Assembly (NCBI GenBank): GCA_038231275.1
Contig: JBBRLQ010000013.1
Coordinates: 96,001 to 160,000, forward strand
Direction of reading: 5' to 3'
Origin: Polyangiales bacterium
Lineage (GTDB): Bacteria; Myxococcota_A; Polyangia; Polyangiales; Polyangiaceae
DNA: 64,000 bases
Positions 1-9,132 of the stretch are shown here, piece by piece. Under the pieces are notes generated by a model. That model searched no databases. It saw only the letters and a program-made list of their open reading frames with translations, and was not told the DNA's origin. The position numbers and the translations under genes were made by a program. Position 1 is the first letter of the stretch, and each line of letters starts with the position of its first letter.

Positions 1-511
1 CGGCGACGAGACCCGCGACGAGCCCCCAACCGAACGAGCCACGGGTTGGCGCCCTCGCGTCGGCGCGTGGAAACGTGACGGCGTGCAGCTCTCCCGCCTC
101 TGCGTCGTAGAGGAGCACGCCGTCGACGTCGAAGGCGACGCTGTACTCGAGGAGCTGTCGGCGCGTCGCCGTGGTCTGGATGCGCGGCGCGACGCTGCCC
201 GTCTTCACCTCGACGACGTACACCGCGTCGTCCCTTCGCACGAGGTAGTCCGCGCGCACGGACGCGCGCGTCACTTCCCCGTCGACGTGCACGGCGTAGT
301 CGGCGGCGACCTGGGCGCCGAGGATCTCGTAACCGGCGGCCACGAGCGACGAAGCCGCCTCGGCCTCCCCCTCCCCTGCCCTCACCACGCGCGCGAGGAT
401 CCGCCGACGCCGCGCGCGACGCCTCCACGTGCTCGCGATCGCCTGCGCGACGGCGAGCACGATCGCGAGCGCCGCGACGACCACGAGGAGATCGCGGGAG
501 ATCGCGGGCAT
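1..511 (-). CDS. Membrane-anchored PD-(D/E)XK nuclease-like protein (3' end runs off window)
   Basis: Not in the ORF track; hand-translated from ATG 511: MPAISRDLLVVVAALAIVLAVAQ (TM helix), GEGEAEA, VRADYLV, VVEVKTG, RRQLLEY, then a second hydrophobic segment. Confidence 0.7.
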   Translation of the reverse strand, partial: MPAISRDLLVVVAALAIVLAVAQAIASTWRRRARRRRILARVVRAGEGEAEAASSLVAAGYEILGAQVAADYAVHVDGEVTRASVRADYLVRRDDAVYVVEVKTGSVAPRIQTTATRRQLLEYSVAFDVDGVLLYDAEAGELHAVTFPRADARAPTRGSFGWGLVAGLVA

Positions 512-580
512 GCTCCGTCATCGCACCGCGCGGTCACGCGGGCCAAGAACGCGTCGCGCGACGCCGGAAACCGAACGCGC

Positions 581-985
581 TTACGGGCCGTACGGGTTGG
601 GCGAGCCGGAATCTTGCGTCTGCGCGGGGCAGGCGCTGCCCGACCACTGGAAGCACACGTGCGTCGCGTCGCAGCAATTCACGCCATTGTTCACCGGCGC
701 GCACCAGGACTGGCAGTCCTGATCGGTCGCGCAGGTGTTGCCGCACTGTCCGGTGGAGCCGGCGTCCGGCGTGCCCGACGTGCCCGACGTACCCGAGCTG
801 CCGCTCGAGCCGGAGCTGCCGCTCGAGCCGGAGCTGCCACTCGAGCCGGAGCTGCCCGAGCTCGTCGACGCGTCCTGGTCCGTTCCCGGGCCGTCCGACG
901 ACGCCGGGTTGCTCGACGAGCAGCCGTAGGCGGCGAATCCGAAAGCGGCGAGCAAGGCACCCGAAATGGCGACGGCGATTTTCAC
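581..985 (-). CDS. Small Cys-rich lipoprotein with (SGS)n linker
   Basis: Signal peptide ending AAYGC, tandem SSG repeats, Cys-rich C-terminal domain. Confidence 0.75.
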   Translation of the reverse strand: MKIAVAISGALLAAFGFAAYGCSSSNPASSDGPGTDQDASTSSGSSGSSGSSGSSGSSGSSGSSGTSGTSGTPDAGSTGQCGNTCATDQDCQSWCAPVNNGVNCCDATHVCFQWSGSACPAQTQDSGSPNPYGP

Positions 986-1064
986 GGGTGTTTACTTAGC
1001 TCAAGAGGCTTGCTGCACTAAGTAAAACCTCGAGCACGAGACAATAGAGAGACGCCTGGCCCCG

Positions 1065-2813
1065 ATGACGAGCGACGACGACGCCGCGAAAACGCGAAAA
1101 AACACGCGATTTCGCTTCATTCCGCCCGTCACCCTCGTGATCGCGCTCGGCGTGCTCCTGTTCCAGCCGGGTCTGCGATCGCCGCTCATGTTGGATGATT
1201 ACATCCAAGCTGCAATGGTCGACGGCACGTACGGTCCGCCGCGCGGCCCGTTCGATCTGTACGACTTCGTCGGCACGAGGGAAGCGGAGCGCCTCGTCGC
1301 GCGGGGGTTCCTCCCCTGGTGGTCGCATCCGGCGCTGAAGATCCGGTTTTTCCGGCCCGTGTCGAGCGTCCTCAGGTGGAGCGATCAGCGCCTCGTCGGC
1401 CGCAGCCCGCTGCCGCTCCACGCCCACTCGCTCGCGTGGTGGGTGCTCTGCGTGATCGCGGCGCGCTCGCTCTTCAAGCGCGTGCTCGCGCCGAGGCCGC
1501 TGCTCGTCGCGACCGCGATCTTCGCGCTGGCGCCGTGCCACGTGATGCCGCTGGCGTGGCTCGCCAACCGCGAGGCGCTCCTCTCCTTGTCCTCCGGGGC
1601 CTTCGCGCTCGCCGCCTACGCGCGATGGCGCGACGAGCGACGGGCAAAGGACGCGGCGGTCGCGTTCGTGCTCTTCGGGCTGACGGTCCTGTGCGGCGAG
1701 TACGGCCTCGGCTTCGGCGGATACGTCGTCGCGTTCGAGCTCGTGCGACGCCGAGAGTCCGTCGTGCGGCGCGTGACGGGCCTCGCGATCTACGCGATCC
1801 CGACCGCGGCGTACCTGTGGCTTCGCGCGTCGCTCGATTACGGGACGAAGGGCTCGGGATTTTACGCGGACCCGATCGCCGAGCCGTTCGAGTATTTGAG
1901 GCTCGCGCCGTGGCGGGCGCTCGTCCTCGCGGCGCAGGCGTGGCTGTCGTACGCGGCCGATCCCGCCGCGGGGGAGCTGGAGACGGCGCTGACGACGGTA
2001 AGCGTGCTGGCGGGGCTGGTCCTCGTCGCCATCGTGTGGCGTCGCGTTCGCGCGGAGATGGACACGCCCACGAGCGACGCGGCGTCGTGGCTTCTCCTCG
2101 GCTCGATCTTCGCGCTCGCGCCGGTGCTCGCGGTTTTGCCGTCCGCGCGCGTGCTTGGCGTGACCATGCTCGGCGTGGCGCCAGTTTGCGCGCTCATCGT
2201 CGAGCGCGCGTGGTGGCCGACCTCGGTAGCGCCGCGCCGTGGAATGCCCGAGCTCGTCGCGCTTGTGGGGACGGCGATGGGCTTCGCGCAGCTCGTACAC
2301 GGGCCGGGCACGTCGTTCTTGCTCGCGCGACGCCATCGCGCCGAGGCGGTCGCATTCGCGACGCAGACGACCGCGCTCGGCAAACGCCTGGGCGACGTAC
2401 CCGCCACCGACGTCGTCGTGGTCCGCGGTTTCGCCCGCATGTTCTTCGCTCCCTTCGCGCTCTCGCCGCACGGCGAGGGGCCGCGGCGCTGGCGGATCCT
2501 CTCGCAGACCGGCCACGTGCTCTTACTGCGGCAAGGCCCACGCGCGTTCGACGTCGTCGTCGCCGAGAACGCCACCATCTTTCCGATCGGAGACGGCAAC
2601 CTGTTCCGCAACAAGGCGCTCCCGGTGCGCAAGGGCGATCTGTTCAAGATGCCTGGCGCGACCGCCAAGGTCGTCGACGTAGGACCGGCGGGCCCGCGGC
2701 GTGTTCACTTCGAATTCGACGACGAGCTCGGCCCGTGGATCAACGAGAAGAACGACACGTTCGCCGACGCCGAGCTCCCCCGCGAAGGCTTCGGCGCGCC
2801 GTTCGATCCGTGA
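1065..2813 (+). CDS. Multi-pass membrane protein, GT-C/ArnT-PMT-like glycosyltransferase
   Basis: First TM followed by acidic DDY loop, FFRP motif, many TM helices, soluble C-terminal domain. Confidence 0.55.
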   Translation: MTSDDDAAKTRKNTRFRFIPPVTLVIALGVLLFQPGLRSPLMLDDYIQAAMVDGTYGPPRGPFDLYDFVGTREAERLVARGFLPWWSHPALKIRFFRPVSSVLRWSDQRLVGRSPLPLHAHSLAWWVLCVIAARSLFKRVLAPRPLLVATAIFALAPCHVMPLAWLANREALLSLSSGAFALAAYARWRDERRAKDAAVAFVLFGLTVLCGEYGLGFGGYVVAFELVRRRESVVRRVTGLAIYAIPTAAYLWLRASLDYGTKGSGFYADPIAEPFEYLRLAPWRALVLAAQAWLSYAADPAAGELETALTTVSVLAGLVLVAIVWRRVRAEMDTPTSDAASWLLLGSIFALAPVLAVLPSARVLGVTMLGVAPVCALIVERAWWPTSVAPRRGMPELVALVGTAMGFAQLVHGPGTSFLLARRHRAEAVAFATQTTALGKRLGDVPATDVVVVRGFARMFFAPFALSPHGEGPRRWRILSQTGHVLLLRQGPRAFDVVVAENATIFPIGDGNLFRNKALPVRKGDLFKMPGATAKVVDVGPAGPRRVHFEFDDELGPWINEKNDTFADAELPREGFGAPFDP

Positions 2814-2825
2814 TCGTCTGCGCCG

Positions 2826-4013
2826 TCACGCCGCGATGCGTTCACGGAAGCGCAGCGACGGCTTCTCGATGAGGACGTGCATCACGTACGAGAGTGCGAT
2901 CGACAGGATCATGAGCTCCCCGAGTGAGATGAGCCACACGATCGACATCGGCAAGGACTTGGCGAGGCGCTGCGCGACCGGAACCATCACCTCCTCGCAG
3001 AGCGGGATGTGCACGAGGTAGATGCCGTAGCCGAGCGTCGCGATCCGCCTATAAATCGGCCACGACAGGAGTCTCACGAAGAACCCGTCGCCGTGCAAGA
3101 GGAGCAGCACGCAGCCGAAATACATCGCGCTCGTCACCGTTCCCCACGACCAGACGAGGACCATCTGCATGGTGCCCTCGCCGAACATCCAAGGCTGCAC
3201 GAGGAGCCACAGGCACGCCAGCGACGCCAACGTCACGAGCGCGCGGTGGAACGGCGCCTTCAGCCACGCGGCGATGCGCTCCTTGTACTCGGCCTGGACG
3301 ACCGCGAGGAGGATGCCGCCGACCAGCGTGTCGAACCGCGTGTGCGTTCGGAAGTAGAGCGCCATCCGGAGCGCCGAGTCCGTCCACGGACGCCCGTGGT
3401 AGTAGATGTACATCCGGACCCCGAGCGCCGCGAAGAAGAGGACGAGCAAGAGCCCGATCCGCCACCGCCCGCTCCGCACGCGCTGGAGGACGAAGAAGAG
3501 GATCGGCACGGTGAGGTAGAACTGCTCTTCGAGCGCGAGCGACCACCCCCAGTACATGATCACGTCGCCCGGCTTCAGGCGGATGAAGTTGGTCCCGTAC
3601 AGGTACTCAGCGAGCAGGTGCTTCTGCTGGAGCGCCGTCAGCGCGGTCGTGAGCGCGAGGTAGGTGAGGACGACGTAGTACGACGGGAACGTTCGGAAGA
3701 TGCGCCGCAGGTAAAAGCGCTGGAGCTGCTGCGACCCCGCGGTGCGGATCGAGTGGAGGAGGATCGACCCGATCAAGAATCCGCTCAGAAAGAAGAACAG
3801 ATCCATCCCGAAGAACACCGTGAGCGACGACGCCATGAAACCGGCGTCGAGCGGCATGCGCTTCTCGCCGCCGAAGATCCACGTCACGTGGAACTGCACG
3901 ACGCTCAGGATTGCGAAGACGCGCAGACCGTGGAGCTGCGGGTAGCGGTTGTCGAGGAGCTCCAGCGAAAGAAATCTTCCGAGTCGCGATTGCGGCAGCG
4001 CGGCGGCGGTCAT
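2826..4013 (-). CDS. Acyltransferase family 3 (OafA-like)
   Basis: LHGLR, GMDLFFFLSGFLI, FYLRRIFR, WSLALEEQFY, YGIYLVH, IEKP motifs; ATG overlaps the glpD stop. Confidence 0.9.
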   Translation of the reverse strand: MTAAALPQSRLGRFLSLELLDNRYPQLHGLRVFAILSVVQFHVTWIFGGEKRMPLDAGFMASSLTVFFGMDLFFFLSGFLIGSILLHSIRTAGSQQLQRFYLRRIFRTFPSYYVVLTYLALTTALTALQQKHLLAEYLYGTNFIRLKPGDVIMYWGWSLALEEQFYLTVPILFFVLQRVRSGRWRIGLLLVLFFAALGVRMYIYYHGRPWTDSALRMALYFRTHTRFDTLVGGILLAVVQAEYKERIAAWLKAPFHRALVTLASLACLWLLVQPWMFGEGTMQMVLVWSWGTVTSAMYFGCVLLLLHGDGFFVRLLSWPIYRRIATLGYGIYLVHIPLCEEVMVPVAQRLAKSLPMSIVWLISLGELMILSIALSYVMHVLIEKPSLRFRERIAA

Positions 4014-5638
4014 GACGCGGCGGCGCTCGCGAAATACTCGTCGTAGCGCGCGTCGGCCTCGGCGCCGAAGAGCATGGCGCACGCCTCACGGAGGCCGGGC
4101 GCGGCGCGGAGCTCGGCCTCCGTCATCACCAGCGAAATCTTCGAGCGGCGACGCAGAAAATCCTCGAGCTTCACGATCATCTCGCGGCGCGCGGCCTGTT
4201 GGATCTCGCACCGCAGATACTCGGCGCCTTCGATGAGCACTTCGGCCATCGTGCGATCGGCGCGGATGTCCTCGAGGAGGCCGAGCGCCTCGGCGCCGTA
4301 GCGACGCCACAAACGGAGGGTGAGCTTCTCACTGGAGCGAGGCGAGGTCATCGCGTCGAGATCCATGAGGCGCGCCTGGTGGAGGAACTCGCGGCGGGTC
4401 TCGTCGGGCGGCTCGCCGTACCAGCGCGCGTCCGGGTAAGGGAGCGTGACGCCGAGAGCCGCGACGGCCGCCGCGATCTCTTCGCCGACGTTGAGGCAGT
4501 CGGTGAGCTTTCCGCCGAAGATGCTGACGTGGCGCGCGGTGTCGTCGATCTCGACCACGTGCTTGCGCGACATCTGCGTCCAGTCGCTCGCGCCTTTGGA
4601 CGCGTTCGTCTTGGGGACGGCGAGGGGCCGCACGCCGCAGCGCTCGGCGATGACGTCGGCCTCCGTGAGCGGCGCGGGGAGGCGGAGGCGCTTGTTGATG
4701 TTGTCGAGGACGAAGCGGCGGTCCTCGCCCGTGACGTGGCTCTCCGGATCATCGACGCGCGTGTCGGTGGTTCCGATGCAGGTACGCGGCCCCATCGGCA
4801 CGACGAAGAACGGACGCCCGTCGTCGGCGAAGAACGTGAGGACGCGGTGGCTGCCCGTGAGGCGGCGGACGATGAGGTGGATGCCCTTGGAGAAGACGTG
4901 CTCGTGCGTCGTCTCGCGCGAAGAGCGGCGGTTCATCGCGTCGACGTAGGGGCCGCACGCGTTGACGAGCACGCGCGCCCGAACGGTGAGGTCTCGGCCC
5001 GTGACGACGTCGCGAACGCGTACGTGCCACGCGTCGCCGTTACGCTCGGCACCGAGGGCCTCGACGTAGTTGGTGGCGAGGCATCCGTAGTTGAGCGCGC
5101 CGCGGATGAAGTTCCACACGAAGCGCGCGTCGTTGTCGTGGAGGTACGCGTCGGAGTACTCGAAGCCGCCGTCGGCGACGTCGACGCGGATCAACGGCTC
5201 CTCCTGCTCGATGGTTCGCGTCGAGAGGAGGCGCGGACCCTTCGTGAAGAAGCTCCCGATGATCCAATAGAGCCACGCGCCGACGAGCAGCTTCAACAGG
5301 CCGTGCCGGAAGCCCTTGGGGTGCACCGCGAAGAAGCGGATCTCCTGCACCGTCGACGGGTAGCTCTGGATGAGGTGGTTGCGCGAAAGGCAGAGCTTGC
5401 GGACGAGGCCGAATTCGTACGACTCGAGGTACTTGATGCCGCCCCACGCGAGGTTCGACGACTGCTGGCTCGTGAAGCCCGCGAAATCCCCCTTGTCCAC
5501 GAGCGCCACCTTGACCCCACGGGCCGCGAGGCACGCCGCCGACACCGCGCCGTTGATGCCGCCGCCCAGGACGAGGACGTCGAACACGCGCGCCTCGAGG
5601 TCCCGGAGGTTGGTGCTGCGAAGAGAAGGCGAGGCCAT
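4010..5638 (-). CDS. glpD: FAD-dependent glycerol-3-phosphate dehydrogenase/oxidase
   Basis: DVLVLGGGING FAD motif, DFAGFTS..SS.L..GG.KYL, KGIH, GTTD, GVRPL, GGKLT. Confidence 0.85.
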   Translation of the reverse strand: MASPSLRSTNLRDLEARVFDVLVLGGGINGAVSAACLAARGVKVALVDKGDFAGFTSQQSSNLAWGGIKYLESYEFGLVRKLCLSRNHLIQSYPSTVQEIRFFAVHPKGFRHGLLKLLVGAWLYWIIGSFFTKGPRLLSTRTIEQEEPLIRVDVADGGFEYSDAYLHDNDARFVWNFIRGALNYGCLATNYVEALGAERNGDAWHVRVRDVVTGRDLTVRARVLVNACGPYVDAMNRRSSRETTHEHVFSKGIHLIVRRLTGSHRVLTFFADDGRPFFVVPMGPRTCIGTTDTRVDDPESHVTGEDRRFVLDNINKRLRLPAPLTEADVIAERCGVRPLAVPKTNASKGASDWTQMSRKHVVEIDDTARHVSIFGGKLTDCLNVGEEIAAAVAALGVTLPYPDARWYGEPPDETRREFLHQARLMDLDAMTSPRSSEKLTLRLWRRYGAEALGLLEDIRADRTMAEVLIEGAEYLRCEIQQAARREMIVKLEDFLRRRSKISLVMTEAELRAAPGLREACAMLFGAEADARYDEYFASAAAS

Positions 5639-5720
5639 GACGGAATGTCGCAGACATGATCGCACACGTGACCGAGCGCTTGAAGCAGAACCGCGCGAGC
5701 CGGGGTAGAGTGTGCGGGCC

Positions 5721-6095
5721 ATGACGCGCGCGACTCCTCCTCGTTCCCTCTTCTCGCTCCTCGCCGTCGTCGGCCTCGTCGCGAGCTGCCTCCCCGACGC
5801 CACCGGCACGAGCTCGTCGGGCGGCAGCACGAGCAGCGGCGGTGGGGTCGCGGTCGACGGCGGAGGCGACGGAGGCACCAGCGACGTCCCCGCCGCGCGC
5901 GTCGCCCTATGCGCGCAGTACGCCGCCGCGACGGCCAATTGCTGCAATCAGGGCGCAGGCGGCACGTGCGCCACGAACAACCAGGCCGATTTGAATGCAT
6001 ATTGCATCAAATATGCGCGCCTGTGCACCGGCATGCCGACGTGCTTCTCGGGGCCCGACTGCAACAGCCTCATCTATTGCGGCGGCTCCTGTTGA
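5721..6095 (+). CDS. Small Cys-rich lipoprotein
   Basis: Lipobox LVASC, Gly/Ser linker, Cys-rich C-terminus. Confidence 0.7.
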   Translation: MTRATPPRSLFSLLAVVGLVASCLPDATGTSSSGGSTSSGGGVAVDGGGDGGTSDVPAARVALCAQYAAATANCCNQGAGGTCATNNQADLNAYCIKYARLCTGMPTCFSGPDCNSLIYCGGSC

Positions 6096-6112
6096 GGGGG
6101 ATGCTGCGTGGC

Positions 6113-7019
6113 ATGGACACCGAAGCCTTCGCGCACCTGCCCACCCGCATCCGACTCGGCGATCTGGAGGTCACGCGCCTCGGCTTCGGCGCGATGCGCC
6201 TCCCGGGGAAGGACGTCTGGGGCGAGCCCGATGATCCCGCGCGCGCGCGAGGTGGTGCGCCGCGCCGTGGATCTCGGCGTCGATCTGATCGACACCGCGT
6301 GGTACTACGGCCCGCTCGTCTCCAATCGCCTCATCAAAGAGGCGCTGCATCCGTACCCGAAGCACCTCGTCATCGCGTGCAAGCTCGGCGGCAAGCGACT
6401 GCCCGACAAGGGCTGGGCGCCGTCGATCCGCCCCGAGGAGCTGCGCGCCGGCTGCGAGGAAGATCTGCGGTCGCTCGGCCTCGATCGCCTCGACGTCGTC
6501 CACCTCCGATGGATGGCGGCCGGCGTACCGTTCGCGGAGGCGCTCGACGCGCTGATCGCCCTCCAGAAGGAGGGGAAGATCCGGCACCTCGCGCTGAGCA
6601 ACGTGTCGGCCGCGCAGGTCGAGGCGGCGCTGGCGCGGACGCCGATCGTCGCCGTGCAGAACATGTTCAACGTGAACGGCGGCGCCGGCACGCTCGCGAA
6701 GATGACGCACTCCGAGGTCGAGTCGCCGGACGCGGTCGTCGATCTCTGCGAGAAGAAGGGCATCGCGTACCTCCCCTATTTCCCGCTCGCGGTGGGCGGC
6801 ATCGCGGGACAGAACGCCGGCCTCGCGAAGGTGGCGGCCAGGAAGGGCGCGACGCCGGCGCAGGTCGCGTTGGCGTGGCTGCTCGCGCGATCCAAGACGA
6901 TGCTGCCGATTCCGGGGACCGGCTCGGTCGCGCACCTCGAGGAGAACTGGGCCGCCCGCCTCGTCGCGCTCGACGCCGCCGATCGCTCGGAGATCGCGCG
7001 CGGCGCCGCGACGACCTGA
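6113..7019 (+). pseudogene. Aldo/keto reductase split by a frameshift in a (CG)6 tract
   Basis: N-terminus (RLGFGAMRLPG) is in the frame of ATG 6113; the rest (IDTAWYYG, GKIRHLALSN, LPIPGT) is in another frame; switch at 6238-6249. Confidence 0.85.
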
Positions 7020-7024
7020 CTCCT

Positions 7025-7054
7025 CTATTGCACGGGCGCCTATTGCACGGGCGC
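7025..7054. repeat. 15-bp tandem duplication CTATTGCACGGGCGC x2
   Basis: Seen directly; duplicates the last codons and stop of the minus-strand gene ending at 7040. Confidence 0.9.
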
Positions 7055-7534
7055 CGGCGGCATCGGCGGCTTCTCGTCCGGAGAGAGCAGCATCTGGACC
7101 TCTGCGGCCGCTTTGCTGACGAACGCCTTCAGGATCCCTGCGCTCGCGCGATGACCACTTTGCGAGTAGCTGCCGAGGCTCGTCGACGGGCTCGACGGAG
7201 TCTGCGCGGGGCGGAGCGGCGAGAGCGACTTCGCTTCACCGGCCAAGGCGAAGGTATCCCCGAGCTTGGTCAGGAATGCGGCGTTGGGTCCCTCGGACTT
7301 CCGCGCAGCGGTCTTCAGCTCCACGGCGAGCTTCGACATCATCCGCTCGAAGGTCGCCGGATTCGTGTCGAGCAGCCTCTGCAGCTTCTGCATGAGATCG
7401 CCCTCCTTGCTGATTCCCTTCGTCGCGGCCGGGGTCGTCGCGGGCGGCTCCGGTCCGTGGGTCACCCTTGCGGTCGCCATCGGCGCGACACCGGTGATCG
7501 AAGGTGGCGAGGCCACACCTGTGATCGTGCTCAT
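7040..7534 (-). CDS. Hypothetical protein
   Basis: 164-aa ORF with plausible composition and GAGG upstream; no family recognised. Confidence 0.6.
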   Translation of the reverse strand: MSTITGVASPPSITGVAPMATARVTHGPEPPATTPAATKGISKEGDLMQKLQRLLDTNPATFERMMSKLAVELKTAARKSEGPNAAFLTKLGDTFALAGEAKSLSPLRPAQTPSSPSTSLGSYSQSGHRASAGILKAFVSKAAAEVQMLLSPDEKPPMPPAPVQ

Positions 7535-7635
7535 GACGTTGCCCTCATTTTTCCCCCTGACACGAAGGGCGAACGGCTCGAGGGGGAGATTCTTTAGGGG
7601 GCTACAACGTTTGAAGGAACGACCGTCCGCGCCCG

Positions 7636-7857
7636 TCAGCGCTTCCCGTTGCCGACATGGCCGCGTGTCCGGTCGCTGCCACCGGACGCGGCCGCGCCGC
7701 CGCCGGACCCTCGCGCGTCGGTCGCGGCGCCGCTGCGATCGGTGCGCGTGTCGGTGTGCACGCCGGGCGCCGCGGCAGGGGCGTCGCCGACGCCGGGACC
7801 GCAGCCTCCCGACAGCCCGGCGAGGAGCGAAAGCGCAACGGCGAACAAGGACTTCAT
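7636..7857 (-). CDS. Small putative lipoprotein
   Basis: MKSLFAVALSLLAGLSGGC signal/lipobox; GAGG upstream of the ATG. Confidence 0.55.
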   Translation of the reverse strand: MKSLFAVALSLLAGLSGGCGPGVGDAPAAAPGVHTDTRTDRSGAATDARGSGGGAAASGGSDRTRGHVGNGKR

Positions 7858-7940
7858 GTCCTCAAGCCTTCCACGAAGGAGAGGGGCAGGCCGCCCCTTT
7901 CTGCGCACGAGCTGAGGGCGGGCGCGCGCGCAGGCGCACG

Positions 7941-9092
7941 CTAGAGGTTCTTCTTCGCCTCGGCAGGCGTGTTGCGGTGCTGGAGGAGCAACTTCCGCAG
8001 CCCGAAATTTCGGCGTACCAGCGGTTGCTTGAGGAGGTGCGCCAAGAGGGCCGGCGGCGCCGCCGAGAAGCGCGCGATGTTCTGGACGAACATGACGGTG
8101 TAGGTGGTCTTTCCGCACAGGATCGTCGTCGTGTGGGCGTCGAGCGGGCAGCCGGCGAGGATGAGGAGCGCGCGACCTTCGGTCTTGATGAGGAGCGCCG
8201 CGCGCTCGTCCGCCGTCGCGACCGTGAATTTTTTCCGGAGGAGCTCGCGCACTTTCACGCGCGAACGCTCGGGGTTCTCACGATCGATCGAGATCCGGTA
8301 GACCTCGAGGAGCAGCTTGGGGTGGACGATCTTCCGGAGCACCGTCTCGGGGAGCTGCGGATTTCGCAGGAGTCGCCGCTGCACCCCGGAGTCGGCCATC
8401 ACGTCGGTCCGCCGCGCGCAGAGCTCGAGGCCGGCCGCGGTCCGATGATGAAACGCGATCGTGCGTGCGTGCTCGAGCCCCACCTTCGGGTTGCTCATCA
8501 CCGCCGCGACGACCATCGGCTCGGGATCGAGGCACAGCGCGATGAGGTGGCTCCCCTCGACGGTCTGCGCCGCCGCCGCGCGCGCGTCGCGGGACATGGG
8601 TCGGTAGATGCTCTCGTAGATTTTCCGGTACTCGCGATCGCCGATCTCGGGGTCGGCGTCGGAGTCGGAAGCGGAGTCGGCGTCGGACGCGGACTCGGCG
8701 TCGGAGTCGGCGTCGGAGTCGGCGTCCGAAGCGGGGTCGGCGGCGGGGACCGGGGCGGCTTCGCGGTCGTGGCTGGCATCGCGCTCGAGGTCCGGGAGGC
8801 GGTCGGACTCCGGCGCGAGGTCGAGCACCGGGTCGAGCACCGGAGTGTCCGGATCGAAGTCCGACGCGATCACCAGGCCCTCCCCCGCGGCCCGCTCGAC
8901 CTCGACTGCGCCTTGGTCTGCGAGGAGTCCGACGATCTCGACGACCCGCTCTTCCGCGAGCCCCGTCATGGTCACGAGCTCACGAACGCTCACGGGCGCG
9001 TCGACGCGCGACAGCACGAAGCCCTCCTCCGCAGAGAGCTTGAGGCTCCGTACGTCGAAGGGCTTCGGCCGGACGCTCTTGAAGTCCCCCAT
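7941..9092 (-). CDS. Hypothetical protein: N-terminal wHTH-like domain, acidic SDAD linker, C-terminal helical repeats (LRV-like)
   Basis: LSAEEGFVLSRVD N-terminus, (SDAD)n tract, repeated L..NP/H.N.P helical units. Confidence 0.65.
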   Translation of the reverse strand: MGDFKSVRPKPFDVRSLKLSAEEGFVLSRVDAPVSVRELVTMTGLAEERVVEIVGLLADQGAVEVERAAGEGLVIASDFDPDTPVLDPVLDLAPESDRLPDLERDASHDREAAPVPAADPASDADSDADSDAESASDADSASDSDADPEIGDREYRKIYESIYRPMSRDARAAAAQTVEGSHLIALCLDPEPMVVAAVMSNPKVGLEHARTIAFHHRTAAGLELCARRTDVMADSGVQRRLLRNPQLPETVLRKIVHPKLLLEVYRISIDRENPERSRVKVRELLRKKFTVATADERAALLIKTEGRALLILAGCPLDAHTTTILCGKTTYTVMFVQNIARFSAAPPALLAHLLKQPLVRRNFGLRKLLLQHRNTPAEAKKNL

Positions 9093-9132
9093 CGAGGGAG
9101 AGTAGAGCGCGTGTCGGGGGTGTTCGCGACGG

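Noticed and set aside
8650..8740. GGAGTCGGCGTC tandem repeats as a separate element
   Set aside because: They encode the SDAD linker inside a CDS.
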